Assembly: GCA_963594655.1 (NCBI GenBank)
Contig: CAVBFD010000006.1
Location: 1 to 64,000, forward strand
Reading direction: 5' to 3'
DNA: 64,000 nt
Source of the DNA: Candidatus Methanomethylophilaceae archaeon
GTDB taxonomy: Bacteria; Bacteroidota; Bacteroidia; Bacteroidales; Bacteroidaceae
Part shown: positions 29,863-40,643 of the stretch, in pieces
Numbering within the stretch: the first letter of the stretch is position 1
How the letters are laid out: every line of letters starts with the position of its first letter
Made by a program: the position numbers and the translations under genes
The notes under the pieces: generated by a model
What the model was told of the DNA's origin: nothing
Seen by the model: the letters and a program-made list of their open reading frames with translations, nothing else
Database searches by the model: none

Positions 29863-30681
29863 TCACACCCCACTGAAACTGCTGAAACCGCCGTCCACAG
29901 GTATTATACTGCCTGTGACGAAACTGGACTCGTCGCCAGCGAGGAAGCACACGATGCCGTTGAGTTCCGAGATGTCGCCGAACCGTCCCATAGGAGTCTT
30001 GTTGAGTACCTTGTGACTGCGTTCAGTAAGTGTGCCGTCATCGTTCAGCAGTGCCTTGCGGTTCTGTTCACCGATGAAGAAACCGGGCGCTACCGCATTG
30101 ACCCGAACTTTGTCGCCGTACTTGCGGGCGAAGTCCTGTGCCAGCCACTTGGTAAGGGCGTTCACGCCCTCCTTGGCAATGCTGTAACCCATCACACGAC
30201 TGAGAGCGTCGTAGGCGGCCATCGAACTGATGTTGACGATACTGCCACTCTTGTGCTTCGCCATAATCCTGCCGAACGAGAGACACGGATAGACCGTACC
30301 CCAGAGGTTGAGGTCCACTACCTTGTGCAGGGCCTCAATGTCGCAGTCGAACACATCCATGTCGTCCATTATATTGGCACCTGCCACATTGCCCCCGGCA
30401 GCGTTGACCAGCACGTCCACACGTCCGTAGTCCTTTTCTATCCTGTCGGCAAGGGCTGTTATCTCCTCATGCTTCAGCACGTCGCACACGTAGCCTGTCA
30501 CGATAGTGCCGTTCTCACAGGCTACAGGTGCCAGTCTTGCGAGAGCCTTGTCCACCGTCTCCTGACGGCTTCCGACAACAGCCACCGTAGCCCCGGCTTT
30601 CAGCAGTCCCTCACTCACGTTACTGCCCAGCACACCAGTGCCGCCGGTAACCACCGCTATCTTATTTCTTAAATCACTCAT
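29863..30681 (-). CDS. SDR-family oxidoreductase, likely D-mannonate/fructuronate oxidoreductase (UxuB-type) given adjacency to uxuA
   Basis: TGGTGVLG Rossmann motif, YxxxK active-site pattern; immediately downstream of uxuA. Confidence 0.55.
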   Translation of the reverse strand: MSDLRNKIAVVTGGTGVLGSNVSEGLLKAGATVAVVGSRQETVDKALARLAPVACENGTIVTGYVCDVLKHEEITALADRIEKDYGRVDVLVNAAGGNVAGANIMDDMDVFDCDIEALHKVVDLNLWGTVYPCLSFGRIMAKHKSGSIVNISSMAAYDALSRVMGYSIAKEGVNALTKWLAQDFARKYGDKVRVNAVAPGFFIGEQNRKALLNDDGTLTERSHKVLNKTPMGRFGDISELNGIVCFLAGDESSFVTGSIIPVDGGFSSFSGV

Positions 30682-30688
30682 TGTCCGT

Positions 30689-31885
30689 TCATTTATGTTC
30701 CATCATATACTTGACGGCAGCCATCACCCCGTCAATCTGTTCGAGTCCCATCATACGTCCGTGGAACGAATAGCCGGCGTTGTAGCCCTTGTCCTCGTCA
30801 CCGAGCATCGTACGTCCGTGGTCCACCCTCATGGGCAGGTCGGGGTTCTGCTCCTGGAAGATACGGCAAACCTCTATGAGGTTGGCGCGTCCGTGCAGAT
30901 GGTCTGCCTCGATGAAGTCCCCGCCCGGCAACACGTCCGTACTGCGCAGGTGGACGAAGTGGGTACGCCTCGCATACTTGCGCGCCAAAGCCGGCACGTC
31001 GTTCTGTATGCCGGCAGACAGACTGCCGCAACAGAACGTGAGTCCGTTGTGGGGATTGTCCACTGCACTAAGGAACCACTCGATATCCTCATCGCAGGTC
31101 ACTATGCGTGGCAGTCCGAGCAACTGCATAGGCGGGTCGTCGGGATGCACGCACATGTTCACTCCGTACTGATCACACGTAGGCATGATGGCTTCGAGAA
31201 AATACTTCATGTTGGCGCGCAGACAGTCACGGTCCACTCCCTTGTAGAGGGCGAGCAAATCCTTGAAGAGCTTCACAGGGTTCTTGTCGTCCTCGGTTAT
31301 GTTGCCGTTGACAAACCCCTGGGTCTTCACGATGATGGTGTCCACGAGGGCTGAATCGAAAGCCGCCAGCCGTTCACTGCCCTTCGCCTCCATCCCGCGT
31401 CTCATAGACTCCGCCGCCTTCAGTTCATCTTCCGTATAGTCAGCCTCGCAGCCCTCACGTTCAAGAATGTAACGGTCGAAGTAGACGAACTTCACCTTAT
31501 TGAAATAAAGGGAAGTGCTGCCGTCAGCCCACGGATGGTCGAGTTCCGTGCGCGCCCAGTCCAGCACAGGCATGAAGTTATAGCATACGGTATGGACACC
31601 GCACTTACCGAGGTTGGCGAGACTCACCTTATAGTTCTCTATAAGGCGGTCCCTGTCCTCCCCTCCATATTTTATTGCCTCACACACAGGCAGACTCTCC
31701 ACCACCGACCATCTGAGACCAGCGGCCTCTATATAGTCCTTCATGTCCATGATGGCATCCTCAGTCCACACCTCACCGTTCTTCACGTCGTGGAGTGCGG
31801 TGACGATTCCCTCGACACCTATCTGGCGGAGCATCCGCAGTGTGATCTTGTCGTTCTTGCCGAACCACCTCCAGGTCTTTTCCAT
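30689..31885 (-). CDS. uxuA: Mannonate dehydratase
   Basis: Characteristic N-terminus MEKTWRWFG..., 398 aa, xylose-isomerase-like TIM barrel family. Confidence 0.85.
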   Translation of the reverse strand: MEKTWRWFGKNDKITLRMLRQIGVEGIVTALHDVKNGEVWTEDAIMDMKDYIEAAGLRWSVVESLPVCEAIKYGGEDRDRLIENYKVSLANLGKCGVHTVCYNFMPVLDWARTELDHPWADGSTSLYFNKVKFVYFDRYILEREGCEADYTEDELKAAESMRRGMEAKGSERLAAFDSALVDTIIVKTQGFVNGNITEDDKNPVKLFKDLLALYKGVDRDCLRANMKYFLEAIMPTCDQYGVNMCVHPDDPPMQLLGLPRIVTCDEDIEWFLSAVDNPHNGLTFCCGSLSAGIQNDVPALARKYARRTHFVHLRSTDVLPGGDFIEADHLHGRANLIEVCRIFQEQNPDLPMRVDHGRTMLGDEDKGYNAGYSFHGRMMGLEQIDGVMAAVKYMMEHK

Positions 31886-31908
31886 CCTACAGATTTTCCG
31901 GTTTAACG

Positions 31909-33870
31909 CTACTTGACGATGACAAAGCCGCCATCCTTCTGCAGGTGCAGCTTCACCTTCTTCGGGTTCTTTATCTTCAGTTCCGTCTTCTGTGGCTCAC
32001 GGTTGCTGTCGTCGCTGTAGAGTGTCACCACATCACCTTTCTTCAGGAACTCGGAGAGGTCAAGCACCTTGTCGCACTCGTCCTCCGCGTTATTGCCGGC
32101 GATGTACCAAGTCTGTCCGTGACGGCGGCCAAGCACACAGTACTTGCCCGGGTAACCGGCTACGAACTGGGTCTCGTCCCATGTCGTCGGCACCTCCTTC
32201 AGGAAGTCCACACTGACCTTCGGGGCACCATCCTCACTTACTGGAAGGAGATTCTCCGGGGTCACGGCAAAGAACTGTATAGGATTCTGGAAGAGTACGG
32301 CCTGCGCCAACTCATGCGCGTCGGTAGTCTTACGCGTGTTGCCTCCCTTGTTGCCCCTTGAGATGCGGCGGTTGAGGAACGACCCACCGAACTCCATGCA
32401 GCCGACGGTATTGCGGATGAACGGATGTGTGGCGGTGTTGGCAGCCTCAACGTCACAGAAATGCTGGGAGAACACAATGTTCTCTGATGCGAGGACAGCC
32501 TCACTGCCCACATAGTTGGGATACATGCGTTCCCATCCGCGCGGAAGAGTACAGCCGTGGAAGATAACCATCAGTCCGTTGTCGTCCGCGTCACTCAGTA
32601 TCGCCTCGTAGTGGCGCATGGTCTCCTGCTTGTCGCCTCCAAAGAAGTCCACCTTGATACCCTTCACACCAATCTTGTGCATCCACCTCATGTCAGCCTT
32701 ACGCTTGATGGGGTTGTCCATCGTGTTGATAGGGCCCTGCACGATGTCGTTCCAGTAACCGCTGGAACTGTACCAGAGGAAGACATCCACGCCCTGGCTC
32801 TTGGCATATTTCACCAACTGTTCCATGCGTTCCTTACCGATGTTTGTGTCCCAGTAGCTGTCGATAAGCACGTACTTGAAGTTCATCTCCTTCGCCAGTT
32901 GTATATACTTCACCTGGTCGTCGTAGTTGATGGACGGGTCCTGCCATACGATCCAGCTCCACGTACCCTTGCCGAACTGATAGTCGGTTGAAGGCTGATA
33001 GAGCGGCTCCACATTGTCCCATGGAGATGTCGTCTCCACAATCGGTTCGAGTGTGGCACCCACAGTGACGGTTCTCCACGGAGTGACACCCGGCAGGGCG
33101 AACGCCGGCGGCACCGTTCCGTTGCCGTTGTTCTCCTCAGCCATAGGGAAGTCCACAGTGTAGAGTCCGTCCCCTTTCATCTCGCTCAGGCGCGAACCGC
33201 AGTACTTGCTGTCCACCCCGGTCTCATTCACCAGTACCCATCCGTTGTCGCCGATTCTGAACAGACAAGGGAAGGTGTAGCCCTTACCGTAGCCTGAAGG
33301 CTCGGTCATAGCCGCATCGTACTTATACTCCTCCTCATAACTCGGCTTGGTACGCTTGTAACCGATCATCGCCGAACTCTGGGGACAGAGGAACGTGGTG
33401 GTTACCGCAGGGAAGTCGAAGCCTGTAGCCTCCCTTTCTATCCTCACACTGGCGGTCTCTCCCTCCTTAGGCAACTCATATCGAAACGCTATGTCGTTGT
33501 CGCTCACACGGAAAGTGACGGTCACTCCCCTCTTTTCCGCCTTGAGATTGACCTTCAGTTCGTTCGCGACATAATGCACATCAGCCACCTTTGACCGGTT
33601 TAGTGTGTACCGCTTGTCAATCTTGTTACATTCAGCGCCCACGAACGTCATGTTCTTTGTGTAGTCACCCGTGTTTGCCACGAAGCCGAGAGGAGACTCC
33701 TCCAGCATCTGCTTTCCGTCGTAGAGAACTGAATAGACTGGTTTTCCATCCTTCACGTCGACATCCACCTTCAGGCGGTTGTCAGGACTGGTCACTGTCG
33801 CCACCTGGGCTGTCATCACTGATGCCTGCATCACGAACATTCCGGCACCAAGTACTTGTAGTAATTTCAT
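31909..33870 (-). CDS. Glycoside hydrolase family 97 (alpha-glucosidase/alpha-galactosidase, SusB-like)
   Basis: Signal peptide, SPDNRLKV N-terminal beta-sandwich start typical of GH97, 653 aa. Confidence 0.6.
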   Translation of the reverse strand: MKLLQVLGAGMFVMQASVMTAQVATVTSPDNRLKVDVDVKDGKPVYSVLYDGKQMLEESPLGFVANTGDYTKNMTFVGAECNKIDKRYTLNRSKVADVHYVANELKVNLKAEKRGVTVTFRVSDNDIAFRYELPKEGETASVRIEREATGFDFPAVTTTFLCPQSSAMIGYKRTKPSYEEEYKYDAAMTEPSGYGKGYTFPCLFRIGDNGWVLVNETGVDSKYCGSRLSEMKGDGLYTVDFPMAEENNGNGTVPPAFALPGVTPWRTVTVGATLEPIVETTSPWDNVEPLYQPSTDYQFGKGTWSWIVWQDPSINYDDQVKYIQLAKEMNFKYVLIDSYWDTNIGKERMEQLVKYAKSQGVDVFLWYSSSGYWNDIVQGPINTMDNPIKRKADMRWMHKIGVKGIKVDFFGGDKQETMRHYEAILSDADDNGLMVIFHGCTLPRGWERMYPNYVGSEAVLASENIVFSQHFCDVEAANTATHPFIRNTVGCMEFGGSFLNRRISRGNKGGNTRKTTDAHELAQAVLFQNPIQFFAVTPENLLPVSEDGAPKVSVDFLKEVPTTWDETQFVAGYPGKYCVLGRRHGQTWYIAGNNAEDECDKVLDLSEFLKKGDVVTLYSDDSNREPQKTELKIKNPKKVKLHLQKDGGFVIVK

Positions 33871-33880
33871 AATGTATTTG

Positions 33881-34936
33881 TTATTGTATTGGTTGTAAAT
33901 TGTCTGTCAACTGGTCTTTATAGGCTTCCAACGCTTTCTTTACCTTTTCCATAGCCTCGTCCATGGTACAATGGAGTTGTCCTCCTGCCGCGTTGAGGTG
34001 TCCGCCACCGTTGAAGAATTCGGCGGCCATCTTGTTCGCCGGGAAGTCGCCCACCGACCGCAGTGAAGCCAGTATCCGTTGCTTCTCAGTGTCCTCACGC
34101 AGGTAAATGGACAGTCGTGTCCCCTTGATTTGCAGCGGCATGTTCACCACCCCTTCAGTATCGCCTTTGAGATACTTGAACCGTCCGAGTTCCTCCCGGG
34201 TCAGGGTGAAGAGTGTGGCATGGCAGTCGGGGAACACCTGCAGTTTCTCCGACAGGATATAACCGAGCAGACGGAAACGCGCCTCCGAGTAGTTGAAATA
34301 AATGAGACGGTTGATGCGGTCCTTGTCTATCCCCTTCTTCAACAACTCCGCGAGTATCATGAAGATGTCAGGGTCGTTGGAATTGTAGGTGAACTGTCCG
34401 GTGTCGGTACACATGCCGGCGTAGAGGTCCTCGGCACAAGCCTTGGTAATCTGCGACGTGCCACCGATGGCGTCGATAACACGGAACACAAGCTCGCACG
34501 TGCTGCTCGCCAACGGATATGATATGGTGAGGTTGCAAAAGTCCTTCTGCGGTTGCAGATGATGGTCTATCATTATCTTCTTCGCCTTCGCCGCGGTGAC
34601 CGGTCCCTCCAGTTCGTCGAGCCTGTGCGCCTCGTTGAGGTCAAGCACCACCACAAGGTCGGCATACGCCAGGAGCGACTTCGCCTGCGCCCTGTGGAAG
34701 TCGAACTGCACAATGCGGTCGGAGTCCTTCATCCACCTGAGGAAGTCGGGGAAGTAGTTGGGTACAACTACCGACACCATCTTGCCCTTCTTCTTGAGAT
34801 ATTCGTAGAGGGCGAGTGACGACCCGATGGCATCCCCGTCGGGTGACACGTGGGTCACTATGACCACGTTCCTGCACGCCTCAAACATGCGCTTCGCCTC
34901 GGCTATTTCGTTGTATGATATTTTCTGAGAAAGCAT
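33881..34936 (-). CDS. nrnA: DHH/DHHA1 phosphoesterase (NrnA-like oligoribonuclease/pAp phosphatase)
   Basis: DHH motifs (HVSPDGDAIGS, DHH), DHHA1 GGGHLNAAG. Confidence 0.75.
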   Translation of the reverse strand: MLSQKISYNEIAEAKRMFEACRNVVIVTHVSPDGDAIGSSLALYEYLKKKGKMVSVVVPNYFPDFLRWMKDSDRIVQFDFHRAQAKSLLAYADLVVVLDLNEAHRLDELEGPVTAAKAKKIMIDHHLQPQKDFCNLTISYPLASSTCELVFRVIDAIGGTSQITKACAEDLYAGMCTDTGQFTYNSNDPDIFMILAELLKKGIDKDRINRLIYFNYSEARFRLLGYILSEKLQVFPDCHATLFTLTREELGRFKYLKGDTEGVVNMPLQIKGTRLSIYLREDTEKQRILASLRSVGDFPANKMAAEFFNGGGHLNAAGGQLHCTMDEAMEKVKKALEAYKDQLTDNLQPIQ

Positions 34937-34991
34937 ACCTATATACTAAATTGAAGCGGAACCGTCGTGCGGCTCCGTTTGTTTCACTGTG

Positions 34992-34999
34992 CAAAGGTA
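34992..34999 (-). promoter_or_regulatory. TACCTTTG -7 element for nrnA-like gene
   Basis: Exact octamer on minus strand 56 nt upstream of ATG. Confidence 0.35.
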
Positions 35000-35117
35000 A
35001 TATATTTTTCCGTAACCCCAAGCATGGACACCGCAACAAATCCGCGGCACACTCGTAAAATTACGGTCTCCGCACAAATAATTATACCGCATCGTTCGTG
35101 GTGTCACACAAATTCGC

Positions 35118-35125
35118 TACCTTTG
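35118..35125 (+). promoter_or_regulatory. TACCTTTG -7 element for rpe
   Basis: Exact octamer 32 nt upstream of rpe ATG. Confidence 0.4.
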
Positions 35126-35156
35126 CAACAAAATAACAGGAACTAATTCGATAGAA

Positions 35157-35822
35157 ATGATTGTTTCGCCATCATTACTTGCGGCTGACTTCACGCGTCT
35201 CGACAGGGAAATCGGGATGATCAACGACAGTGACGCCGACTGGCTTCACCTCGACATCATGGACGGGGTGTTCGTGCCGAACATCAGTTTCGGTTTCTCG
35301 GTACTCGACTGTATCGCGCCCCTTTGCAGGAAACCGCTGGACGTGCATCTGATGATTGTGCAGCCCGAGAAGTTCATCGGACGGCTCGCTAAGTTGGGCG
35401 TGTATTCCACCAACGTGCATTATGAGGCATGTCCGCACCTCCACCGTGTGGTGCAGCAGATTCACGACAATGGGATGAAAGCTGCGGTGACGCTCAACCC
35501 AGCCACACCGGTATGTATGCTCGAAGACATCATACAGGACGTGGACATGGTGTTGCTGATGACTGTCAATCCCGGATTCGGGGGACAGAAGTTCATCACA
35601 AAATCACTGGACAAGATAAAGCGGTTGAGACAACTCATCGAGCGCACCGGATCACACGCGTTGATACAGGTTGACGGAGGCGTGAACGCCACCACCGCCC
35701 CACTGCTTGCCGAAGCGGGTGTGGGCGCGATGGTGTCGGGCAGCTACATCTTCGGGGCGGACAATCCCAACGCCAACATCCACTATCTCAAAGGTCTCGC
35801 CAGGGGGACTGACAGACGGTGA
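35157..35822 (+). CDS. rpe: Ribulose-phosphate 3-epimerase
   Basis: SPSLLAADF...LHLDIMDGVFVPN signature, 221 aa. Confidence 0.9.
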   Translation: MIVSPSLLAADFTRLDREIGMINDSDADWLHLDIMDGVFVPNISFGFSVLDCIAPLCRKPLDVHLMIVQPEKFIGRLAKLGVYSTNVHYEACPHLHRVVQQIHDNGMKAAVTLNPATPVCMLEDIIQDVDMVLLMTVNPGFGGQKFITKSLDKIKRLRQLIERTGSHALIQVDGGVNATTAPLLAEAGVGAMVSGSYIFGADNPNANIHYLKGLARGTDRR

Positions 35823-35860
35823 AACGACAACACACAACCAACGAACCACCAATCAAGTAT

Positions 35861-36526
35861 ATGAGAAAGATAATATATCCCATCATCGCCCTGTGCTGCG
35901 TGACCATGATTTTCAGCTGTAAAGACGGGGAGACCTATGCTGAAATGAAGAAGAAGGAGAAGAGGGCAATCAGCAACTTTATCAAGGACAACGACTACAC
36001 TGGTCCGATAACTGTGATATCGGAGGATCAGTTCATCAAACAGGACTCCACCACAGACACCACACGCAACGAGTTCGTGCTGTTTGAGGACGACGGTATC
36101 TACATGCAGATAATCAACCGTGGGGAAGGACAGTCTATGATTGAAATGGCGAAGCAGCGGTCGGACAGTACCGTCAGCAAGAACATACTCTGCCGTTTCC
36201 TCGAATATGACATAGAAAGCGCGGAGGTCACGGCAACCAACAAATACAGTTCGAGCATCGTGGACAAGATGCTCTGCAAGTACACCCACCGTGGCAGGTC
36301 GTACACCGCCTCGTTCACCTCGGGCGTGATGCTCTCGACATACAGCAGCGCCACTGTCCCGTCGGGTTGGTTGAAACCGCTCGACTATCTGCGGCTGTCC
36401 AAGAACTCGGGACGCATAGCCAAGATACGCCTTATCGTACCGCACTCTTCCGGCACAAGCAACGCACAGGGCTATGTGCTGCCGATGTACTACGAGTTAA
36501 CCTACCAGCTGGCAATCAATGAATAA
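35861..36526 (+). CDS. Hypothetical lipoprotein
   Basis: Lipobox-like ...IFSCKDG after hydrophobic stretch; start moved to ATG 35861 (track ORF 35819). Confidence 0.4.
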   Translation: MRKIIYPIIALCCVTMIFSCKDGETYAEMKKKEKRAISNFIKDNDYTGPITVISEDQFIKQDSTTDTTRNEFVLFEDDGIYMQIINRGEGQSMIEMAKQRSDSTVSKNILCRFLEYDIESAEVTATNKYSSSIVDKMLCKYTHRGRSYTASFTSGVMLSTYSSATVPSGWLKPLDYLRLSKNSGRIAKIRLIVPHSSGTSNAQGYVLPMYYELTYQLAINE

Positions 36527-36537
36527 AAGTATACTAT

Positions 36538-37932
36538 ATGAGTCTAATTAAGTCTATATCCGGTATCAGAGGTACCATCGGCGGACAGGTTGGCGACGGA
36601 CTGAACCCGCTCGACATCGTGAAGTTCACTGCCGCCTACGCCACTCTTATACGGAAGACCACCAAGGTGGAAAGCAACAAGATTGTGGTGGGACGCGACG
36701 CGCGCATCTCCGGCGAGATGGTGAAGGACGTGGTCTGCGGCACACTGATGGGTATGGGGTTCGATGTGGTCAACATAGGACTGGCGTCAACACCGACCAC
36801 AGAGATAGCCGTCACCATGGAAGGGGCGTGCGGAGGCATCATCATCACAGCCAGCCACAACCCGAGACACTGGAACGCGCTGAAGTTGCTCAACCACCGT
36901 GGGGAGTTCCTCAACGCGGCTGAAGGCAATGAGGTGCTTGACATCGCTGAGAAAGAGGACTTCACCTTCGCCGATGTGGACCACCTCGGACACTATGAGG
37001 AGAACGACACGTACAACCAACGGCATGTGGACCTTGTACTCAACCTGCCGCTCGTGGACGTGGATGCCATAAGGAGCGCGCAGTTCCACGTGGCGTTCGA
37101 CGCGGTGAACTCCGTGGGAGGCGTCATACTGCCCATGCTGCTCGAGCAACTGGGTGTGGAGAAAATAACACCGCTCTACGGTGATCCTACGGGCGACTTC
37201 CAGCACAACCCGGAGCCGTTGGAGAAGAACTTGGGCGACATCATGCGACTCATGAAGAAAGGGGAACACGACGTGGCTTTCGTGGTAGACCCCGATGTGG
37301 ACCGTTTGGCTGTCATCTGCGAGAACGGACAGATGTACGGTGAGGAATACACACTGGTGACCGCAGCTGACTATGTGTTGAGTGTCACCCCGGGCAACAC
37401 TGTAAGCAACCTCTCGTCCACACGCGCCTTGCGTGACGTTACCGAACGTTACGGCAAGCAGTACAACGCCTCTGCCGTGGGTGAGGTGAATGTGGTCGCC
37501 AAGATGAAGGAGACCAACGCCATCATCGGTGGCGAAGGCAATGGTGGAGTGATATATCCACAGGCGCACTACGGACGTGACGCTCTGGTGGGCATCGCCC
37601 TCTTCCTCTCACATCTGGCACACAAGGGATGTACCGTGAGTGAACTGAGGAAAACCTATCCGGAATACCAGATAGCCAAGAACCGCATCGACCTCGACCC
37701 GTCAACCGATGTCGACGCCATATTAAATAAGGTGAAGGACATGTTTGCTTCGGACACCACCGTGAAGGTCAACAACATCGACGGAGTGAAAATCGACTTT
37801 GCCGACAAGTGGGTCCACCTGCGCAAGTCGAACACGGAACCGATAATACGTGTCTACAGTGAGGCTGCCACCATCCACGAGGCGGACGAACTGGGAAAGA
37901 AAATAATGGATGTGGTCTACTCCATGAAATAA
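36538..37932 (+). CDS. glmM: Phosphoglucosamine mutase / phosphohexomutase
   Basis: Active-site TASHNP, SGIRG N-terminal motif, 464 aa. Confidence 0.75.
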   Translation: MSLIKSISGIRGTIGGQVGDGLNPLDIVKFTAAYATLIRKTTKVESNKIVVGRDARISGEMVKDVVCGTLMGMGFDVVNIGLASTPTTEIAVTMEGACGGIIITASHNPRHWNALKLLNHRGEFLNAAEGNEVLDIAEKEDFTFADVDHLGHYEENDTYNQRHVDLVLNLPLVDVDAIRSAQFHVAFDAVNSVGGVILPMLLEQLGVEKITPLYGDPTGDFQHNPEPLEKNLGDIMRLMKKGEHDVAFVVDPDVDRLAVICENGQMYGEEYTLVTAADYVLSVTPGNTVSNLSSTRALRDVTERYGKQYNASAVGEVNVVAKMKETNAIIGGEGNGGVIYPQAHYGRDALVGIALFLSHLAHKGCTVSELRKTYPEYQIAKNRIDLDPSTDVDAILNKVKDMFASDTTVKVNNIDGVKIDFADKWVHLRKSNTEPIIRVYSEAATIHEADELGKKIMDVVYSMK

Positions 37933-37976
37933 GGGAGTCCGTCAACAGGCGGAAACACAATAAAAAACTTCCCGTA

Positions 37977-38918
37977 TCAGGCCATCTGGTACGGGAAGTC
38001 TATTTTTTGCAGGAACGACTCAATGTCGGGACTGAAGCGGTCGCCTCCGGTGACGCACACCACCATCAGACAACCTCCGAGGGCGAACATCATACGCTTG
38101 CGCACCTGTTTATATATGGTGCGGCGCGTATGTGCGCTACGCATGTAACTGCTGGTGTCAGGATTGTACATCAAGGGATAGATACGTTCACGTATCATCC
38201 TCTCAGCCGTGTTCATGTCGAGATACACGAAATGGGGACGGCATTTCTTCACACACTTCAGCATGGTGCCTGAAGAGGGACGGCTACCGGCCAGAGTGAG
38301 GTGGGCTCCGATGGAAAAGGCCGCCAACACATCGGCCGCGTCTATGCATGAGCTGTTGGCAAGGAACAGTGAGGGGATACGCGAGTGGCGCAGACTGTCG
38401 TAACGCGACCGTATGCCACGGGCTACACGTATGATGTCGCTGACCCTGACCTCTTCATAGCGCAGCGTTTCATTGCCTGAACACTTGCGGCAAGTGAGTT
38501 CCCTGGAGTAATCTATCATTATCACGTCACCCAATGAATAGTCACACACACTGAAATCAGCCGGTGTACTGCCCGACAGGTTTGTGAAGTCCTTGTCCAC
38601 GGTGACGGTATCGAAGTCGAGACAAGCCCCTGATTCCCTCATGAGATTCGCCCGGGACTCCACGTCCACACCGTAAGGCACAACGACCACCACGGCTCCG
38701 TAAGTTACAGCGCCCACCAGTTTTATCGCCCACTCGGCAGTACCCTCGTTGGTGACAAGCACCCTGTCGTGTGGGGCGATGCCGTGCCGGGCGAGCAACT
38801 GGTGGATATAGACTATACCTTCCGTGAGTTGACAGTAGGTGAGATCCTCGCCTATCGTGTAATTGGTAAGCGCAGTCTCCTCACCGTTGAATCTTAGAAA
38901 TCTCTTAAGTCCTTTCAT
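37977..38918 (-). CDS. Hypothetical protein with degenerate AMP-binding-enzyme-like N-terminal region
   Basis: Weak resemblance only; track ORF starts TTG 38924, ATG 38918. Confidence 0.3.
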   Translation of the reverse strand: MKGLKRFLRFNGEETALTNYTIGEDLTYCQLTEGIVYIHQLLARHGIAPHDRVLVTNEGTAEWAIKLVGAVTYGAVVVVVPYGVDVESRANLMRESGACLDFDTVTVDKDFTNLSGSTPADFSVCDYSLGDVIMIDYSRELTCRKCSGNETLRYEEVRVSDIIRVARGIRSRYDSLRHSRIPSLFLANSSCIDAADVLAAFSIGAHLTLAGSRPSSGTMLKCVKKCRPHFVYLDMNTAERMIRERIYPLMYNPDTSSYMRSAHTRRTIYKQVRKRMMFALGGCLMVVCVTGGDRFSPDIESFLQKIDFPYQMA

Positions 38919-39129
38919 CTCCAATCGTCTTGTTTGTTATAAAACCATGCGGCGGCACCTTCATGCCGTAATCGCACTGCAAAGTTACAAACTCAATTCA
39001 ACATTGACAAACATGCATGACAAACACTTGAATTATGTGGTGAAACAGCTCCGCGTGGGATTAAAGTCGTATATTTGTGGTGAAATTCACGGTGGATTCA
39101 TTTCGTCCCAGTATAATAAGTGACAAAAC

Positions 39130-39930
39130 ATGACTCGGATATCACATACATTCTACAGGTTCGGCACTCAGATGCTCTACATACTGATGCTGCCGCTGTC
39201 ATTCATTGTATTCATCCTGGTGTACCGTCCGTTGGATGTGGACAAGTTCCTCGACATGGACAGAGGACTCTATCCGTTCAACAGCACGATGATTACCTGC
39301 ATCGTACTTCTCGTGCTGCTCATCACCCGCCTCTCGCTCTACTTCTGCCGGCGGCACATCAACCTTACTGAAGGCTGGTACATCTTCTGGTGTATCTGCG
39401 AGGTAGTCATCATAGCCCACTTCGTGACCCTCTACATGTGGCTAATGCTTGGACAGAAGATGCTCTATCTGGAAGTGCTTGCCGAATCGCTGGAGATGAC
39501 CGCCCTCGTGTTGGTGTTCCCCTACATAATAATATGGCTGTCCCTGCGCATAGTGGACCTGAAGAAAGTGCCTGAGCAGACAGCCGAACAGAAGATAAGG
39601 TTTACGGACGACAAGAACAACATCAAACTGGTGGTACTTGCGGCAAGTGTACTCTACATATCGGCGGAGGAGAACTATGTAAACATCTTCTATATGGAGA
39701 AGGACAAGTTGCGCAAGTTCGTGTTGCGCAACACCATGAAAAACCTTGAACAGACATGCGCTCGGAACGGTCTGTTAAGGTGTCACCGTTCCTATTACAT
39801 AAACAGGAACCACGTGAGTTCCATAAGGAAAGACAAGGACAACATCATCCTAGCGGAACTTGACTCGCCGGATCAGGTTCACATACCGGTAAGCAAACGC
39901 TACTACGAGACCCTCTCACAACTTATCTGA
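39130..39930 (+). CDS. Membrane-anchored LytTR-family DNA-binding protein
   Basis: 4 N-terminal TM helices then LytTR domain (ISAEENYVNIF...CHRSYYINRNHV). Confidence 0.7.
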   Translation: MTRISHTFYRFGTQMLYILMLPLSFIVFILVYRPLDVDKFLDMDRGLYPFNSTMITCIVLLVLLITRLSLYFCRRHINLTEGWYIFWCICEVVIIAHFVTLYMWLMLGQKMLYLEVLAESLEMTALVLVFPYIIIWLSLRIVDLKKVPEQTAEQKIRFTDDKNNIKLVVLAASVLYISAEENYVNIFYMEKDKLRKFVLRNTMKNLEQTCARNGLLRCHRSYYINRNHVSSIRKDKDNIILAELDSPDQVHIPVSKRYYETLSQLI

Positions 39931-40627
39931 GGTCTCCGTCTATGATGTCGTATACATCCTGCATGATGGTCTTGACATTCTTCCCCTGACGGTCGTCCTT
40001 GGTAATCGGGTCATGGACTACCAGCGACAGTCGGGTGCGGGTAACCGACTTAGCCTTCCTGCCAAACGCCTTGAACGATCCGTTGATGGTGATAGGCACC
40101 AGAGGCAGCCCTATCTCGTTGGCAAGCATGAACGCGCCGCGTTTGAACGGATTCATCTTACCGTCATAGGTACGTGTACCCTCCGGGAAGATAGACATCG
40201 ACATGCCATGGCGCAACACGTCCCTGGCATGGTCAATGGCATGGTGTATTGAAGCCAGACTGTCGCCCACGAATATCTGGTGGGTACACATGCAAGTCAG
40301 TCCAATCACAGGCATCTTCTTCAGGTATTCCTTCATCATCCACTTGAAAGGGCATCCAAGATAGCCGTACAGCAGAAGGATGTCGAGATAGCCCTGGTGG
40401 TTGGCAAGGAAGATGTACGACTGTCTCCTGTCCAACTTTTCCAGTCCCTTGACCTCCACGTCAAGCAGATAGAGACCGCACCCTGTCCTGCCCCACCACA
40501 TCGGGATGTAATGATGGGCAAGGGCATCCAATCCGAACAAGGACGCGAGTGTCACGGACAAGCCAGTCAGAACGGTGCTGACAAGAAACAAAGGGGTTGC
40601 GATTACCAGTGAATAGATCTTATACAT
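39923..40627 (-). CDS. plsC: 1-acyl-sn-glycerol-3-phosphate acyltransferase
   Basis: HX4D motif (NHQGYLD), FPEGTRT motif. Confidence 0.8.
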   Translation of the reverse strand: MYKIYSLVIATPLFLVSTVLTGLSVTLASLFGLDALAHHYIPMWWGRTGCGLYLLDVEVKGLEKLDRRQSYIFLANHQGYLDILLLYGYLGCPFKWMMKEYLKKMPVIGLTCMCTHQIFVGDSLASIHHAIDHARDVLRHGMSMSIFPEGTRTYDGKMNPFKRGAFMLANEIGLPLVPITINGSFKAFGRKAKSVTRTRLSLVVHDPITKDDRQGKNVKTIMQDVYDIIDGDLR

Positions 40628-40643
40628 AATGTCTTGTTTTTTC